Of a DNA stretch of 64,000 nt, positions 62,360-64,000 are shown one piece after another. Every line of letters begins with the position of its first letter. Position 1 is the first letter of the stretch. The position numbers were made by a program, and so were the translations under genes. This stretch comes from Pristiophorus japonicus (taxonomy: Eukaryota), in contig NC_091999.1 in NCBI RefSeq assembly GCF_044704955.1, positions 11,222,001 through 11,286,000 of the forward strand. Direction: 5' to 3'. The notes under the pieces were generated by a model. That model was given only the letters and a program-made list of their open reading frames with translations. It was not told the origin of the DNA and did no database searches.

Positions 62360-64000
62360 TTAGAAAGAAAAGGGAGGCTCATACCCCTCGGGGTAAGGTC
62401 TCATCTCTAAACATTCTTTTTCATTATAGTCATCTAACTGTCCCTCTATTCTGTTTAACCTTCCTTTCATGATCACATTTTTCTGCTCTATTTTTTCTAC
62501 TAGGTTCATTACTTGTCCTAACAGGGATCTTACTTTCAGCCCCATTCCACAGACAATTAGCAGCAGAATCAGCAAAATTACACCAAGTACTACTATCGGG
62601 TGTATTGCCAGTTTTAATACCGCTGTTGCCCTGGGGAACCAGCCTAGGAATATATCCCACCAGTGATGCGCTGTTATAGAGGTAACTGTGTTTGCTATTC
62701 GTACTAATTGTCCCTTTTTAAAACTCATTTCTATCTCAAATTGGTGAATATCTCTGCCCCGCTTGGACAATGCCTTTTCTATTTCTTTGTCATTTTGTAT
62801 TAGATTATGCAATCGGGTTAAATTAATTGTAGGTGGTAATGGTTCAATTCTGTGCACCGTTAAATACTTCTCCACATTTTTCCACTGTCCAAAAGTATAA
62901 GTTCTTTTTTCTTCTGGGTTATATAGAGTGTAAACTCCTTTCACACAAATATTAATAGGAGGTATATATAAAATCCCGTCTAAGTAGACGGGTTTATTTC
63001 CTGTTAGGCAAACTTCGTTTTGGCCTATCTCTGAGACCTCTGTGTCATTAGCTTGTTTTAGTTCCCACTTGCATATTCCTGTCGAGTGCTGTAAAGAACA
63101 TGGTTCGTGGATGGCGGTTCGGTAAGGACAAACCATCCCGAATGGCCATTTAACACATCCCCTGTCATGATGTGTTAGATTCCTTTCATCGACCCAGTCC
63201 CCTTTAAATTTTGGATACCAAAAGTTCTGTCCGAATAATTGGGGTATTACTTGATACTGACACCAAATTTCCTTCTTAGTCATACTTATTATTTCCATTG
63301 TGATATTACATCCGTCTATATCACAGCTAGTGTATTTATCTTGAGGTTTGAGGGCAAGATCTGGAAACTTATTGATTCCCAGTAATCTTTCCCAGGTCTC
63401 AGCGTGGAAATATAGTATTTTCCTTTCTAACTCGGCTCTCAATAACTGTCTGATAGTCTCCTTAAACATGCAGCTGGTGTACCAATTTACCCCTTTCTGT
63501 TCCTTCATCAGGTTTTCGATTTCCTTTTCTATTTCTTTACTTTGCCTCCACGTCATTTTGTCTGTTATGTAGCCAGATACCTGTAGTTGCTGTAGCCCTT
63601 CATCCCACGCGTTTCTCAACTCTATACTTTCTCCTATTAGTCCTCCTACAACCTGGATTTTGTTTTGCAGGGTCTCTATATCTATTGTGTTCAAGGCTCC
63701 CATTCCTACTTCTACCCCACCTAATACAGTTCCCAGCACGTCTCGCTTTTTTCTCAAGGATCGGTCCAGTGTGACTCCAACACTGGTCGTGTTGCAACCA
63801 TCCCTCTCCCTTAGCGGATATAGGATTTGTATGGTTAAATTTACTATACCTGGGGATCTTACTACCGATATGCAGGTGGTCAATACCCGTTTTAAATGGC
63901 CCGGATCTCTGGGGGAATGCCTATTTTTATTATGTGTCCACTGTTTAATATAGGTTCCCCCATGTAGTATTTTTGTACGGTTCATGCACTTTACCCATCC
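62360..64000 (-). CDS. env: Envelope/fusion glycoprotein of an ERV-like element; the frame is open to the window edge
   Basis: No stops over at least 546 codons. Furin site RKKR (63754-63743), Gly-rich fusion peptide DVLGTVLGGVEVGMGALN, heptad regions, Cys-rich core, N-glycan sites, Trp-rich HHWWD, TM IVVLGVILLILLLIVC. Sits just 5' of the PPT and LTR. Confidence 0.85.
   Translation of the reverse strand, partial: GWVKCMNRTKILHGGTYIKQWTHNKNRHSPRDPGHLKRVLTTCISVVRSPGIVNLTIQILYPLRERDGCNTTSVGVTLDRSLRKKRDVLGTVLGGVEVGMGALNTIDIETLQNKIQVVGGLIGESIELRNAWDEGLQQLQVSGYITDKMTWRQSKEIEKEIENLMKEQKGVNWYTSCMFKETIRQLLRAELERKILYFHAETWERLLGINKFPDLALKPQDKYTSCDIDGCNITMEIISMTKKEIWCQYQVIPQLFGQNFWYPKFKGDWVDERNLTHHDRGCVKWPFGMVCPYRTAIHEPCSLQHSTGICKWELKQANDTEVSEIGQNEVCLTGNKPVYLDGILYIPPINICVKGVYTLYNPEEKRTYTFGQWKNVEKYLTVHRIEPLPPTINLTRLHNLIQNDKEIEKALSKRGRDIHQFEIEMSFKKGQLVRIANTVTSITAHHWWDIFLGWFPRATAVLKLAIHPIVVLGVILLILLLIVCGMGLKVRSLLGQVMNLVEKIEQKNVIMKGRLNRIEGQLDDYNEKECLEMRPYPEGYEPPFSF

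Noticed and set aside
1-64000. IgHV-like or NAR-like V segments, D/J segments, constant exons
   Set aside because: No WVRQ..GLEW framework, FGxG J with a 12-RSS, or C1 exon was recognised by eye.

Overview
Vertebrate genomic DNA, most likely from a cartilaginous fish (inferred from the dense CR1 LINE families, a ~65-bp satellite and the V-segment style). The window lies inside a T-cell-receptor alpha/delta-type V-gene cluster. I count about 20 leader+V segments or remnants, in both orientations, most ending in a 23-type recombination signal sequence (RSS). Only one (31607-32039, minus) looks intact; the rest carry stops, frameshifts or truncations. No D, J, C or 12-RSS segments were seen. Roughly 40% of the window is nested, decayed CR1 LINEs. 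The cluster was built by a large inverted duplication (about 3.5-11.2 kb vs 50.1-58.5 kb) enclosing a direct duplication (about 11.2-30 kb vs 33-47.5 kb). The right end holds the 3' part of an endogenous retrovirus-like provirus: an uninterrupted, unusual class-I-fusion env ORF, a polypurine tract and a 542-bp 3' LTR. The most notable observations are that env, CTCF-like motifs at a fixed distance behind V RSSs, a V family lacking both the first Cys and the core Trp, and a family-conserved 24-nt RSS spacer. All alignments were done by eye, and LINE and duplication boundaries are approximate.
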